DNA of 64,000 nucleotides from a virus (Duplodnaviria > Caudoviricetes): positions 224,001 through 288,000 of the IMG/VR virus record IMGVR_UViG_3300021514_000002, one strand, 5' to 3'. The notes under the pieces are model-generated. The model was not told the DNA's origin. It did no database searches and saw nothing but the letters and a program-made list of their open reading frames with translations. Every line of letters starts with the position of its first letter. Position 1 is the stretch's first letter. Both the position numbers and the translations under genes were made by a program. Positions 35,945 through 45,109 of the stretch are shown here, in pieces.

Positions 35945-38587
35945 ATGGGATATATCGGCACAATAAAAAAAAATAACGATATTTTAGTCTGGGAACGAAA
36001 CAACGGAAAACGCGAAGTAGTTAATTATAGAGCACCTTATTATTTCTATACAAAATCCAAGACTGGTACATATACCAGCATGTATGGTGATAAATTAGAA
36101 CGTCATGATTTCGCAACAAGTAAAGAATTCAATACGGAACGGGCAAAATGTAATAGCATGGGGATTGAGATGTTTGAATCGGATATCCCTCCCGAACTGA
36201 AACTATTATCAGAAAAATACTATAATAAACCTGTTCCAGTTCTTAATGTAACCTTTTTCGATATTGAAGTAGATTACGACAAGCAACGCGGTTATTCGTC
36301 AATTGAAGATCCATACGCCCCGATTAATGCTATTGCATTATATAATACTTGGCAGAAGCGAATGTTGGTATTAGCAGTACCACCCGAAGAATATGATGGA
36401 CCGACAGACGAAAAAACTATCATTGCATTAATGAATGAAATCGCCGAATTATCAACAGATTATACCATTGAAGTAGTTTTGTTTGATAGCGAACGTGAAT
36501 TATTAATTCGTTTTTTGGAAGAAATTGAAGATAGTGATGCTCTTTCGGGTTGGAATAGTGAAATGTACGATATTCCAATGATGGGTAAACGGTTGGAGTT
36601 GTTAGGGAAACAATATTTCAATAAATTATCGTTCCCAGAAGGCAGACCCCCAAGGTTCAGAGAAGTTGAAGATCAGAATAAAAGAATTAACTGGGTATTA
36701 GATTTATCTGGTAGAATCAGCGCGGATTACATGCTTATATTTAAAAAATATGAGGTAGTTGAAAGGCCGACTTATCGCTTAGAAGCAATTTCCGATGAGA
36801 TATTAATTGATGCAAAAACTAAAGAACCTATTCTACCAAAATTAGAATATGAAGGGTCGTTGGCTAGTCAATACCGTAAGGATTTTATTTGGTTCTTACG
36901 ATATAATCTCCGCGATACTGAAATCTTGAAAGGTTTTGAAGACCGTTTAGGATATGTTGAACTTGCAAATCAAATGTACCATCTTTCAACTGGCCAATTC
37001 AAACACGTAACAGGTACATTAAAATTATCAGAGCTTGCAACGATTAATTACTGTCATTATGAATTAAACGGCGTGGTTGTTAATGATGTACATGTTCCCG
37101 ATCAAACAGAAAAAGCTAAAGGTGCGTTTGTATTACTTCCACAAATTGGGGAACATGAATGGATTGGAGCAATTGATATCAATTCATTATATCCGTCAGC
37201 CATTCGTTCAAACAACATTAGTCCAGAAACTATCATCGGACAATTCATTGAAAACGAACGAGCTTTTGTAGAAATCAAGAAACGGTCTTTTGTCCAATTG
37301 ACCCTTGAGATGGATAGTGGTGAAAAACTAACTGCAAGTGCCGACGAATGGCGCGAGGCATTGTTGAACAAAAACTGGTCAATTTCTGGTTACGGAACTG
37401 TATTTTCCCAAGAAAAACAAGGGATTATGCCAGCCATTCTCGAATATTGGTATTCTAGTAGAAAGAAATATCAGAAATTGATGATAGAAGCTAAAGAAAA
37501 CGGCGACCAAATAAAAGCCACATATTATGATAAATTACAATACGTTTATAAGATTAAACTGAACAGTTACTATGGTTCATTGTTGAATGGATATTTTAGA
37601 TTTTACGATAAGCGCCTTGGTGAAAGTACAACTGGTACTAGTCGTGCTATACTTTTACATCAATGCGCAAAGGTTGCCGAACTTCTTGACGGTGAATATG
37701 CTCAAACCGACAGATTGGAATATGATAAGCACGGTAAACCGCATATTGGATATTCTGATAAATGGTCAGTTCTATATGGCGATACTGATTCAACTTACTT
37801 TGAAACACATGCCACATGTGAAGAAGAGGCAGTTATAATCGCAGACGCTGTTGGCGAAAAGACAAGTGAATCTTTCCCAGAATTCATGCGCGAAACTTTT
37901 CTATGTGCCCATGGATTCGACGACATCATTAAAACAGGACGCGAGATCGTTTCAGACAAAGGAATCTTTGTTGATAAGAAACGTTACTTCTTACACATCG
38001 TTGACAATGAAGGATTTAAATGTGATAAGATTAAGGTCATGGGATTGGACACGAAAAAGACTACACTACCAAAAGAAGTATCTAATACATTAAATGGATT
38101 TGTTGAACGGTACTTAAAAGGCGAAAATTGGGATACGATTGCAACCGAGATTGTTGATTACAAAGATGTACTTTTTAACACAAAGAATGTTATGTTTATT
38201 GGGTTACCAAAAGGCGTTAAAAATGTTGAGAAATACACACAAGCATATGAGGATGATAAAACTACTAGACTTCCTGGTCATGTGGCTGCTAGTATATTTT
38301 ATAACATTTGTCGTCAATTATATGACGATAAGGAAAGTTTTGAAATTAAATCAGGCATGAAAATAAAAGTATTCTACTTGAATAAAATGTATGGTAGATT
38401 TAAGAGTATTGCAATTCCTGTTGACATTGAAAAAGTCCCTGATTGGTTTATTGAAGACTTTACTATTGATAGAAAAGCACACGTTGATAGGTTAGTAGAT
38501 AATCCTATGAATAATATAATTAAAGCAATAGACAAGGTATCACCATCACACCAAAGTCTATTGACGGATTCACTGTTGGATTTTTAA
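35945..38587 (+). CDS. gp43: Family B DNA polymerase (gp43-like)
   Basis: FDIEV and WNSEMYD exonuclease motifs; DINSLYPS, KIKLNSYYG, YGDTDS. Confidence 0.97.
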   Translation: MGYIGTIKKNNDILVWERNNGKREVVNYRAPYYFYTKSKTGTYTSMYGDKLERHDFATSKEFNTERAKCNSMGIEMFESDIPPELKLLSEKYYNKPVPVLNVTFFDIEVDYDKQRGYSSIEDPYAPINAIALYNTWQKRMLVLAVPPEEYDGPTDEKTIIALMNEIAELSTDYTIEVVLFDSERELLIRFLEEIEDSDALSGWNSEMYDIPMMGKRLELLGKQYFNKLSFPEGRPPRFREVEDQNKRINWVLDLSGRISADYMLIFKKYEVVERPTYRLEAISDEILIDAKTKEPILPKLEYEGSLASQYRKDFIWFLRYNLRDTEILKGFEDRLGYVELANQMYHLSTGQFKHVTGTLKLSELATINYCHYELNGVVVNDVHVPDQTEKAKGAFVLLPQIGEHEWIGAIDINSLYPSAIRSNNISPETIIGQFIENERAFVEIKKRSFVQLTLEMDSGEKLTASADEWREALLNKNWSISGYGTVFSQEKQGIMPAILEYWYSSRKKYQKLMIEAKENGDQIKATYYDKLQYVYKIKLNSYYGSLLNGYFRFYDKRLGESTTGTSRAILLHQCAKVAELLDGEYAQTDRLEYDKHGKPHIGYSDKWSVLYGDTDSTYFETHATCEEEAVIIADAVGEKTSESFPEFMRETFLCAHGFDDIIKTGREIVSDKGIFVDKKRYFLHIVDNEGFKCDKIKVMGLDTKKTTLPKEVSNTLNGFVERYLKGENWDTIATEIVDYKDVLFNTKNVMFIGLPKGVKNVEKYTQAYEDDKTTRLPGHVAASIFYNICRQLYDDKESFEIKSGMKIKVFYLNKMYGRFKSIAIPVDIEKVPDWFIEDFTIDRKAHVDRLVDNPMNNIIKAIDKVSPSHQSLLTDSLLDF

Positions 38588-39004
38588 ATGAAAAAGATAT
38601 ACACCTCAAATTATGCAAGGCATGGAAATAATCCCAACGCGTTCGCTATAAGTTTAACCATACCTGAATGGTATGAAGGTAAGCGACTTGAATATCTCGC
38701 ACCAAAAAGTGACATGGTTGGTAAAATTAAAAAAGATTCTGCAAATTACAATCAACGAAAATATACAAGAGATTATCTTGATATTTTGAGGGCACGTAAT
38801 GTAGATCCAAAAAAATTAATCGAATCTTTACCAGACGGTGCTATTCTGTTATGCTACGAATCCCCTGGTGAGTTTTGCCACAGAAGAATTCTAGCAGATT
38901 GGATTGAGCGGCATACAGAAGTTATTGTACCCGAGTGGAAAAACGAAAAAGAGATTGAAGCAGAAACGCAAAATAAAGTAGTTGACAGTATATTAGATTT
39001 TTAG
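38588..39004 (+). CDS. DUF488-like protein
   Basis: IYTSNY, LAP, LLCYESPGEFCHRRILA; stop is TAG. Confidence 0.65.
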   Translation: MKKIYTSNYARHGNNPNAFAISLTIPEWYEGKRLEYLAPKSDMVGKIKKDSANYNQRKYTRDYLDILRARNVDPKKLIESLPDGAILLCYESPGEFCHRRILADWIERHTEVIVPEWKNEKEIEAETQNKVVDSILDF

Positions 39005-39053
39005 TATACTATGAATATAACATAAAAATAATAAAAATAGGAAATAAATAAAA

Positions 39054-39755
39054 ATGAAACTTACTCAAGATCTCATTGATTTCATCGAAACCGTAGTTAA
39101 AACTGGTCAAAGTGTTAACATTGATAATGTTATCATCGAACCTGATATGGTAAGAGCAATTGATGACGCTCGCACCGTAGTTCTATATCAAAATACTAAT
39201 GTACCTGAAATGCCATTTGGTTCTGTTGGCTTAAACCGGATTAGTGTTTTATTATCACGACTTGAAATCGCAAAATCACAAGACAATTTCACGCTCAATG
39301 TTGTTGTTGATAATGATAGTGAATACGCCCGTTCTATTACTATGAAGAGCACAGGAACAAAGATTGATTACCGCTGTGCTAATCCTTCAACTATCCAAGC
39401 TCCTCGTCAAATAAACGATAATCTGATATACAGCATCCAATTAAATGCCGAAGCGGTTAGTTTGCTTCAAAAGGGGCAAGCTGCAATGGGTTCAGAAACC
39501 GTAACAATTGTGAGTGCAGATGGTATTTCTTTTGAATTAACCGATATAAACAGTGATGTTTTTAAACACACTTTCGCGCCTGCAGTTGATGTATTAGATG
39601 AAGATGCAAATCCTAATTTTTCGCATCGTTATCCTGTAAAAACGTTACTAGCATTGTTTAAACAGAACCCAGATGGCCAATTTAAAATTGGTGAGAAAGG
39701 TATTCTTAATATTAATGTCAATGGTCTTGACATTTACGTTTTGCCACAAGTATAA
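39054..39755 (+). CDS. gp45: Sliding clamp (gp45-like)
   Basis: 233 aa, downstream of the polymerase, clamp-like beta/alpha pattern, ends YVLPQV. Confidence 0.65.
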   Translation: MKLTQDLIDFIETVVKTGQSVNIDNVIIEPDMVRAIDDARTVVLYQNTNVPEMPFGSVGLNRISVLLSRLEIAKSQDNFTLNVVVDNDSEYARSITMKSTGTKIDYRCANPSTIQAPRQINDNLIYSIQLNAEAVSLLQKGQAAMGSETVTIVSADGISFELTDINSDVFKHTFAPAVDVLDEDANPNFSHRYPVKTLLALFKQNPDGQFKIGEKGILNINVNGLDIYVLPQV

Positions 39756-39770
39756 ACAATACATGACATA

Positions 39771-39986
39771 ATGCGAACCATTGAACGACTTATAGATAAC
39801 GATTGGTATGTTTGTCGATTGTCAGAGTTAAATAAGGGTGACGTATTTAGAATGCATGAACCCACAGGTGAATTAGTCGGAGGTCAAAACTGGATCGCAG
39901 AAAGCGAGCCAAGCCCCGACTATTCCAATGATGTTGGGTGACCCATATGGGGCATTAGAGCAAAAGGAGAAAATGATAATGACTAA
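39771..39986 (+). pseudogene. Small phage gene with one in-frame TGA (not in ORF track)
   Basis: MRTIERLIDNDW...KGDVFRMHEPTGE...DYSNDVG*PIWGIRAKGENDND; TGA at 39939-39941; distal stop overlaps the next start. Confidence 0.5.
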
Positions 39987-40506
39987 AAAAAATACAAAAT
40001 CTAATCTAGATGAACCGATAATTGATATCGATGAAAAACCTAATCTAAACATAGAAGCACCAGAATTTGATATAACCACTGAAAGTTTTCCACCAACGAA
40101 AGTAGATGATTCTGAAAAAAAATCAACAAGCTCGCTTCTTTCAGGGGATGATTTAGCTGAAATAAAAAAACAATTAATGGAACAGGTCGTTGATGAACTC
40201 AAAGACGACAGAACGCGAAAAATAGAAGAAGCAAAGTTTCGCCGCGAAACAGAAGATACTGAACAAAAAAGATATATTGAAAAGATGAAACAATCCCCAG
40301 ATCCATGGGTCGATATTATTGGTTGGGTTCGCACCGATGAAGGTGTAAAAGTTGAACTTGAGTGGAACGAAGCATTTGTTGATTACTTGCGTGGCAATGG
40401 AATTAAAGGTGCTGACGATGAGCAGGTTGTTCAGAAATGGGTAACATTATTACTACGTGACATGGCCGATGAAATGGAAGAACGTTACGGTAGCGATTAC
40501 GAATAA
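39973..40506 (+). CDS. Hypothetical protein
   Basis: Start reassigned to ATG 39973 (Shine-Dalgarno AAGGAG); PWVDII...ELEWNEAFV..L. Confidence 0.7.
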   Translation: MIMTKKNTKSNLDEPIIDIDEKPNLNIEAPEFDITTESFPPTKVDDSEKKSTSSLLSGDDLAEIKKQLMEQVVDELKDDRTRKIEEAKFRRETEDTEQKRYIEKMKQSPDPWVDIIGWVRTDEGVKVELEWNEAFVDYLRGNGIKGADDEQVVQKWVTLLLRDMADEMEERYGSDYE

Positions 40507-40522
40507 AAATAGGTAACATATA

Positions 40523-41434
40523 ATGAAATTTCTATTATTAGATATTAGCAATCTACTATATCGAGCGTTTTATGCAAATAAAAATGAAGACGATATTACA
40601 ATTGCTGGTCTGGCAATGCATTCAGCCCTCTTAACATTAAACAAATACTATAAAGCACATAAACCAGACAAAGTAATTATGGCGTTTGATCGTCCGAATT
40701 GGCGTAAGGGATATACCAAGTCCGATAAATGCGTATCTGGTAAATTGTATAAGGGTAATCGTCGTAAGGATATGACGCAAAAGGAACGTGAAAAATATCA
40801 AATATTCATGGATCACTTAAAAGAATTTGAAGTATTAATGCAAAAACATACTAGTGTTATATGTTTGGCAGCTGAAGGATTAGAAGCGGATGATTTAGTC
40901 GGTGGATTTTGTCAGATGCACGCCAACGAAGACAATCAAATTGTTGCTGTTAGTACAGATAAAGATTATATTCAAATTCTTGGGTTCCCTAATACCAAAC
41001 TTATTAATCCAGCGGACGATAAAGAACGTACATTAGATGAATGGAATGGTGATGCAGAATTATTCATGTTTGAAAAATGTATTCGCGGGGATGCTGGGGA
41101 TAATGTTCAATCAGCGTATCCGCGTGTTAGAAAAACAAGAATAATGAAAGCTTGGGAAGATCCATTAGAACGCGTCAATATGATGCACGAAACATGGACT
41201 AATCATGAAGGCAAAGAACTCATGGTTAAAAACGTGTTCAAAGAAAATGAAATATTAATGGATTTACGTAAACAGCCTGATAAGTATCGTGAGTTAATTA
41301 AAGATACAATAAAAAAGGAAATGGAAGATCCCGGTGAATATTCCTATTTCCATTTTTTAGGTTTCTTGGGAAAGTACGAGATGAAAAAAGTTGCAAGCCA
41401 AGCCGAAGTATTTGCTACCATGTTAAGTAGGTAG
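40523..41434 (+). CDS. rnh: RNase H / 5'-3' exonuclease (T4 rnh-like)
   Basis: LLDISNL, AFDR, YKGNR, LEADDL, STDKDYIQ, GDAGDNV; stop is TAG. Confidence 0.9.
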   Translation: MKFLLLDISNLLYRAFYANKNEDDITIAGLAMHSALLTLNKYYKAHKPDKVIMAFDRPNWRKGYTKSDKCVSGKLYKGNRRKDMTQKEREKYQIFMDHLKEFEVLMQKHTSVICLAAEGLEADDLVGGFCQMHANEDNQIVAVSTDKDYIQILGFPNTKLINPADDKERTLDEWNGDAELFMFEKCIRGDAGDNVQSAYPRVRKTRIMKAWEDPLERVNMMHETWTNHEGKELMVKNVFKENEILMDLRKQPDKYRELIKDTIKKEMEDPGEYSYFHFLGFLGKYEMKKVASQAEVFATMLSR

Positions 41435-41785
41435 CTATTCGCTACCTTTTGAGTTTTCTACATCCTGTTCGGGTTTCTTTTTCCATGAAGTAAACCCGTT
41501 CCAGTTCTTACCAGTCCCAACATATAAACCAAATACTGCTGCCGCAATCCCTACTACAGCTGTAACTACCGCGACATGTTGGTTGGTAGGTGCTTGTACG
41601 ATACAATCTGTCACTGTTGGCGATGAACACTTTTCCAAAATATATGGGGCAAGATCCATATACCACACAACAACCTTATAAAGCAAATAACAATATCCTG
41701 CTGCCAATGCACGAGGGATAATGCGCCAAGCATCTAAGCTTTCGGCCATTGCCAAATGAATCCGTCTAAATTTATCTATATCCAT
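41435..41785 (-). CDS. Small two-pass membrane protein (possible holin-like)
   Basis: WRIIPRAL...; VVTAVVGIAAAVFGLY; stop is TAG. Confidence 0.55.
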   Translation of the reverse strand: MDIDKFRRIHLAMAESLDAWRIIPRALAAGYCYLLYKVVVWYMDLAPYILEKCSSPTVTDCIVQAPTNQHVAVVTAVVGIAAAVFGLYVGTGKNWNGFTSWKKKPEQDVENSKGSE

Positions 41786-41846
41786 AGTTACACTCCTTGT
41801 AATCTGTATAAATATTTATCATAAATATGTTAAAATAGGAGAAATT

Positions 41847-42161
41847 ATGACACTTGCAGTTGCTAGGATCGGCGATACGTTTACTGATACTGATGTTATT
41901 AAGGAGGGCAGTGGAAATGTTTTCGTCAACAATATCCCTGTCGCAAGATTGGGTGACCATACAACAGGACATACCTTGCCATTTCATACTTTTTATCCTT
42001 CTGTCCCAATTAATACTGGTTCGGGTTCTGTTTTTGTAAATAATATATCAATCGCTAGGCTTACTGATACGCATATAATACATTGCGATTCACCACATCC
42101 TAGTTCTGATTGTCATGATGGCGTAATTAATAGCGCATCAGGTAACGTTTTTTCGGGGTAA
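41847..42161 (+). CDS. PAAR-like spike tip protein
   Basis: VARIGD, GSGNVFVNN-PVARLGD, HC..H, SASGNVF; late promoters at 41807 and 41820. Confidence 0.85.
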   Translation: MTLAVARIGDTFTDTDVIKEGSGNVFVNNIPVARLGDHTTGHTLPFHTFYPSVPINTGSGSVFVNNISIARLTDTHIIHCDSPHPSSDCHDGVINSASGNVFSG

Positions 42162-42164
42162 TTT

Positions 42165-42944
42165 ATGAGTATTTGTGTTCCAAGACATATAGCGTGTGGG
42201 TGGTATGAACCTAATTTTATCGCAGGTAATGAATCCTGTGAATTGCAGATATTTACTGAAAGTAGATCAAGATTATTGGAGGGTGGTACATTTTTTCGCA
42301 GCATTGAAATTGGCCAACATACAGAGAATATACAAATTGGTTGTAAATGGCAAGTTGCCACAGGAGGAAGTCCTGCGTGGAGATATTATGGTGGTGGGGA
42401 TACACTAGCGGATGTTGGACAAGTTGAATTAACAATTACCAACGGCACCACAACTGAAATCTTTTTTGCTGCACAGCAGATAGTAGGTAGTCCTAATGGT
42501 AGTCCTATTATTTGGGTGAATGCAATTCCCAATCTTCGGGCGCAACTAATAGGTTCTCCTAGTGGTTCGCAGCTTGTCGACATGCCCGAGGATGACATCC
42601 AAACTATAATGGGTGGGAGTCCTACAACGTGGAAAGCTTCATTATATGACGCAGATTACATTGGTGAATTTTTATTGAGCAATTTGGTAGGTGGTTCAGG
42701 TGGACCAACGACTGAAACAGAATTGGATAAGATTCGTACTGGTTCAGTAATGACAATGTTGTACATCGATCAAAGCGAAAGTGATAACCCAGATGGTTCA
42801 TTATCCGATGTTAAAGAAACAAGATACTGGAATGGTGCTTGTTGGAAATATTATGACCCCATAGCCATAGCCCCCGACTGCGATGGTTTATCTTTATGTG
42901 GTTCACCATTAGGATCGCCTTTACCACTTCCAACCTGTCCGTAA
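42165..42944 (+). CDS. Hypothetical Cys/GSP-rich protein, probably virion-associated
   Basis: Follows the PAAR gene; 7 GSP tripeptides in 259 aa. Confidence 0.7.
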   Translation: MSICVPRHIACGWYEPNFIAGNESCELQIFTESRSRLLEGGTFFRSIEIGQHTENIQIGCKWQVATGGSPAWRYYGGGDTLADVGQVELTITNGTTTEIFFAAQQIVGSPNGSPIIWVNAIPNLRAQLIGSPSGSQLVDMPEDDIQTIMGGSPTTWKASLYDADYIGEFLLSNLVGGSGGPTTETELDKIRTGSVMTMLYIDQSESDNPDGSLSDVKETRYWNGACWKYYDPIAIAPDCDGLSLCGSPLGSPLPLPTCP

Positions 42945-43025
42945 TTTTGATTGGTAACTCTCTAAATTTTAATGGTAAATAATAATAGAAATTTTGTTTA
43001 CAATATGAATTAAGGAGATAATAAT

Positions 43026-43517
43026 ATGGCTATAACAAAAAGAGCAGGTGGACATCAGCATGTTTACTGGATGGATTTAAAAGGAAATGGCGTATTAACA
43101 GAATGTGCTGTTTTTAAAGAAGATGGATTTGGTAACATATTCTATCTTGAAATTCCAACCTTGGATGGAATTGATAAAAATCGTTTATTGCGCATCATTT
43201 CTAACCGCAATGCGTCAAACTTTGAACTATGGGATTTAATGAGTCAAATAACACTTAACAATGGTCTTAATGCTCTTGAGTATTTCCATCAATTAGTTAA
43301 AGTTATTACACCAGATGGTGTTGTTATGAATCCTAAATCTGGTATTGTTGGTACCGGTTCTGTTGATACTACATCAGCGACCCAGATGGCTTCCATTGCA
43401 TTAAACAATGCACCAGTTGAAAGTGTATCGGAAAGTGTAGCACTTACCCCTGCCCAGAAACGAGCAGCCACTATAGCAGCCAAAAAAGAGTTGCAAAAGG
43501 AAGCAGCAGCTAAATAA
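43026..43517 (+). CDS. Hypothetical phage protein
   Basis: Shine-Dalgarno AAGGAG; LWDLMSQITLNNGLNALEYFHQLVKV. Confidence 0.75.
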   Translation: MAITKRAGGHQHVYWMDLKGNGVLTECAVFKEDGFGNIFYLEIPTLDGIDKNRLLRIISNRNASNFELWDLMSQITLNNGLNALEYFHQLVKVITPDGVVMNPKSGIVGTGSVDTTSATQMASIALNNAPVESVSESVALTPAQKRAATIAAKKELQKEAAAK

Positions 43518-43538
43518 TATAGTGATATATTAAAACAT

Positions 43539-43564
43539 AAAAAACCCGCTTTCGCGGGTTTTTT
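43539..43564. terminator. Bidirectional terminator
   Basis: AAAAAACCCGC-TTTC-GCGGGTTTTTT between convergent genes. Confidence 0.85.
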
Positions 43565-43582
43565 ATGTTTATTATTTTCTTA

Positions 43583-44770
43583 TTACGTTTGTGTTCTTGC
43601 TACGGAAATTGTAAGCGTATAGGTAATCGTAAGAGTCCTATTTGCCGCTTTCAATACTGGCGCAAAAATTAAATGGGTAAGAAGTCTTTCTTGTTCTGTT
43701 GCGGGCGTTATTGCATTATTCTGCACGCCTTTATCTGAACCATCTATTGCTGGTGTTACTATTACGCCCGGTAAATTCGCAAAAAGGTCACTTGCGGGTG
43801 GTGAACCAGCACCACCTAAACCAAGACTAATTGAAGATGTTGCTCCAGAAGTACCACTTGTAAATCTCACAAATCCATATGTTTGTAATCCTTCAATTGA
43901 TGGATATGTTCCAAATGTAGTATCCGTGATAGAAATAGTTGCACCACCCGGCAACGGTGCTGACACAAGCCATGCAATACCTGCAGCAGTTGTTGCATTA
44001 TTTAACGCTTCACATAATTCACCATAGGTAGGATTGTCTGCAGGTGGTGTTAAATAAATAACAGTTTCTGAACCACCATCAACGGTAATTCTGAAATTAT
44101 ATTCCGTCCCACCAACTAAAACAGTTTGATCCGTTGAAGATTTATCACTAACATCAACATCCTGAACACCAGCCGAAGCTGCGGCAGGTTTGCCTGTTGT
44201 AAAAAGCCCAAGTTCATCAAACGTAAAAGTACTATTAATATTATTTGGGGTTTGGTCATTCTCTAATTGCCCTGCGGGTTCAGTCGGGTTAAGCACTGCA
44301 ACAACCACGACTTCCGAAGTTAAACCAAGTTCTCTGCTGCGAGTGCCCGGTCCTGAAACATGTTCGACAGTAGCAGGATCACTGGAAGGATCACCACCGC
44401 CGCCGACTCGTGTTCCAACACTTGGACCTGCTGAACCAGGATCTGTTCCTAGTAAAGAAGAATTAGAATCATCTATTACTTCTGAATACGTTTCATTGTA
44501 TAGGCGAGATTCCCATGTTTGTGTATCTGGTGGCTGGCCATCATTTGGGGTTTTAAATGTGATGGTAAACGCCGCATCGATTTCTGTACCGCCGTTACCA
44601 AACGCTATCCTATGAATAAGATAATTATTTTCATTAGAAAGGGCTCTAGCAATGATCCGTGCCATGTTTTGCGGATGTACTGCGTTCCATTTATCTACAT
44701 ATACTTCGCCAAGGTCATCTTCGATCTTAACATGTCCATCTATTTCAAATGGTGAATTCGTTGAATACAT
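43583..44770 (-). CDS. Virion structural protein (baseplate/tail region)
   Basis: GHVKIED...NAVHPQNM...IAFGNGGT; FDELGLF; CATAAATA late-type promoter at 44796-44803. Confidence 0.7.
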   Translation of the reverse strand: MYSTNSPFEIDGHVKIEDDLGEVYVDKWNAVHPQNMARIIARALSNENNYLIHRIAFGNGGTEIDAAFTITFKTPNDGQPPDTQTWESRLYNETYSEVIDDSNSSLLGTDPGSAGPSVGTRVGGGGDPSSDPATVEHVSGPGTRSRELGLTSEVVVVAVLNPTEPAGQLENDQTPNNINSTFTFDELGLFTTGKPAAASAGVQDVDVSDKSSTDQTVLVGGTEYNFRITVDGGSETVIYLTPPADNPTYGELCEALNNATTAAGIAWLVSAPLPGGATISITDTTFGTYPSIEGLQTYGFVRFTSGTSGATSSISLGLGGAGSPPASDLFANLPGVIVTPAIDGSDKGVQNNAITPATEQERLLTHLIFAPVLKAANRTLTITYTLTISVARTQT

Positions 44771-44806
44771 TAATTTAACTCCTGTTTATTCCCTGTATTT
44801 ATGTAA

Positions 44807-45067
44807 TTAGTTGTTACGATTAAACGACACATTGGTGTTATCTCTGGTCATTCGTCTAACGCTCGTAGTTAACTGTTTAATCATATTGTTAAATGCTACA
44901 GGTTCTACCAGACATTTTCCAAGATCGTATTGGCTAATAAAGCCATCATCTATATTAGTGAATACAAATGTACCCTTATTACCTACAACTTCTATATTTA
45001 TTAATTCAACATCTGTTAGGCGTAAAGTAGCTGCCAAAATAATGTCTGACGTTCTAAACGATTCCAT
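44807..45067 (-). CDS. Small hypothetical protein (DUF5659-like)
   Basis: FRTSDIILAATL...GTFVF pattern. Confidence 0.55.
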   Translation of the reverse strand: MESFRTSDIILAATLRLTDVELINIEVVGNKGTFVFTNIDDGFISQYDLGKCLVEPVAFNNMIKQLTTSVRRMTRDNTNVSFNRNN

Positions 45068-45109
45068 CTTATTTCCTTTTTATATCATTTATATTATTTA
45101 TATTAACTA

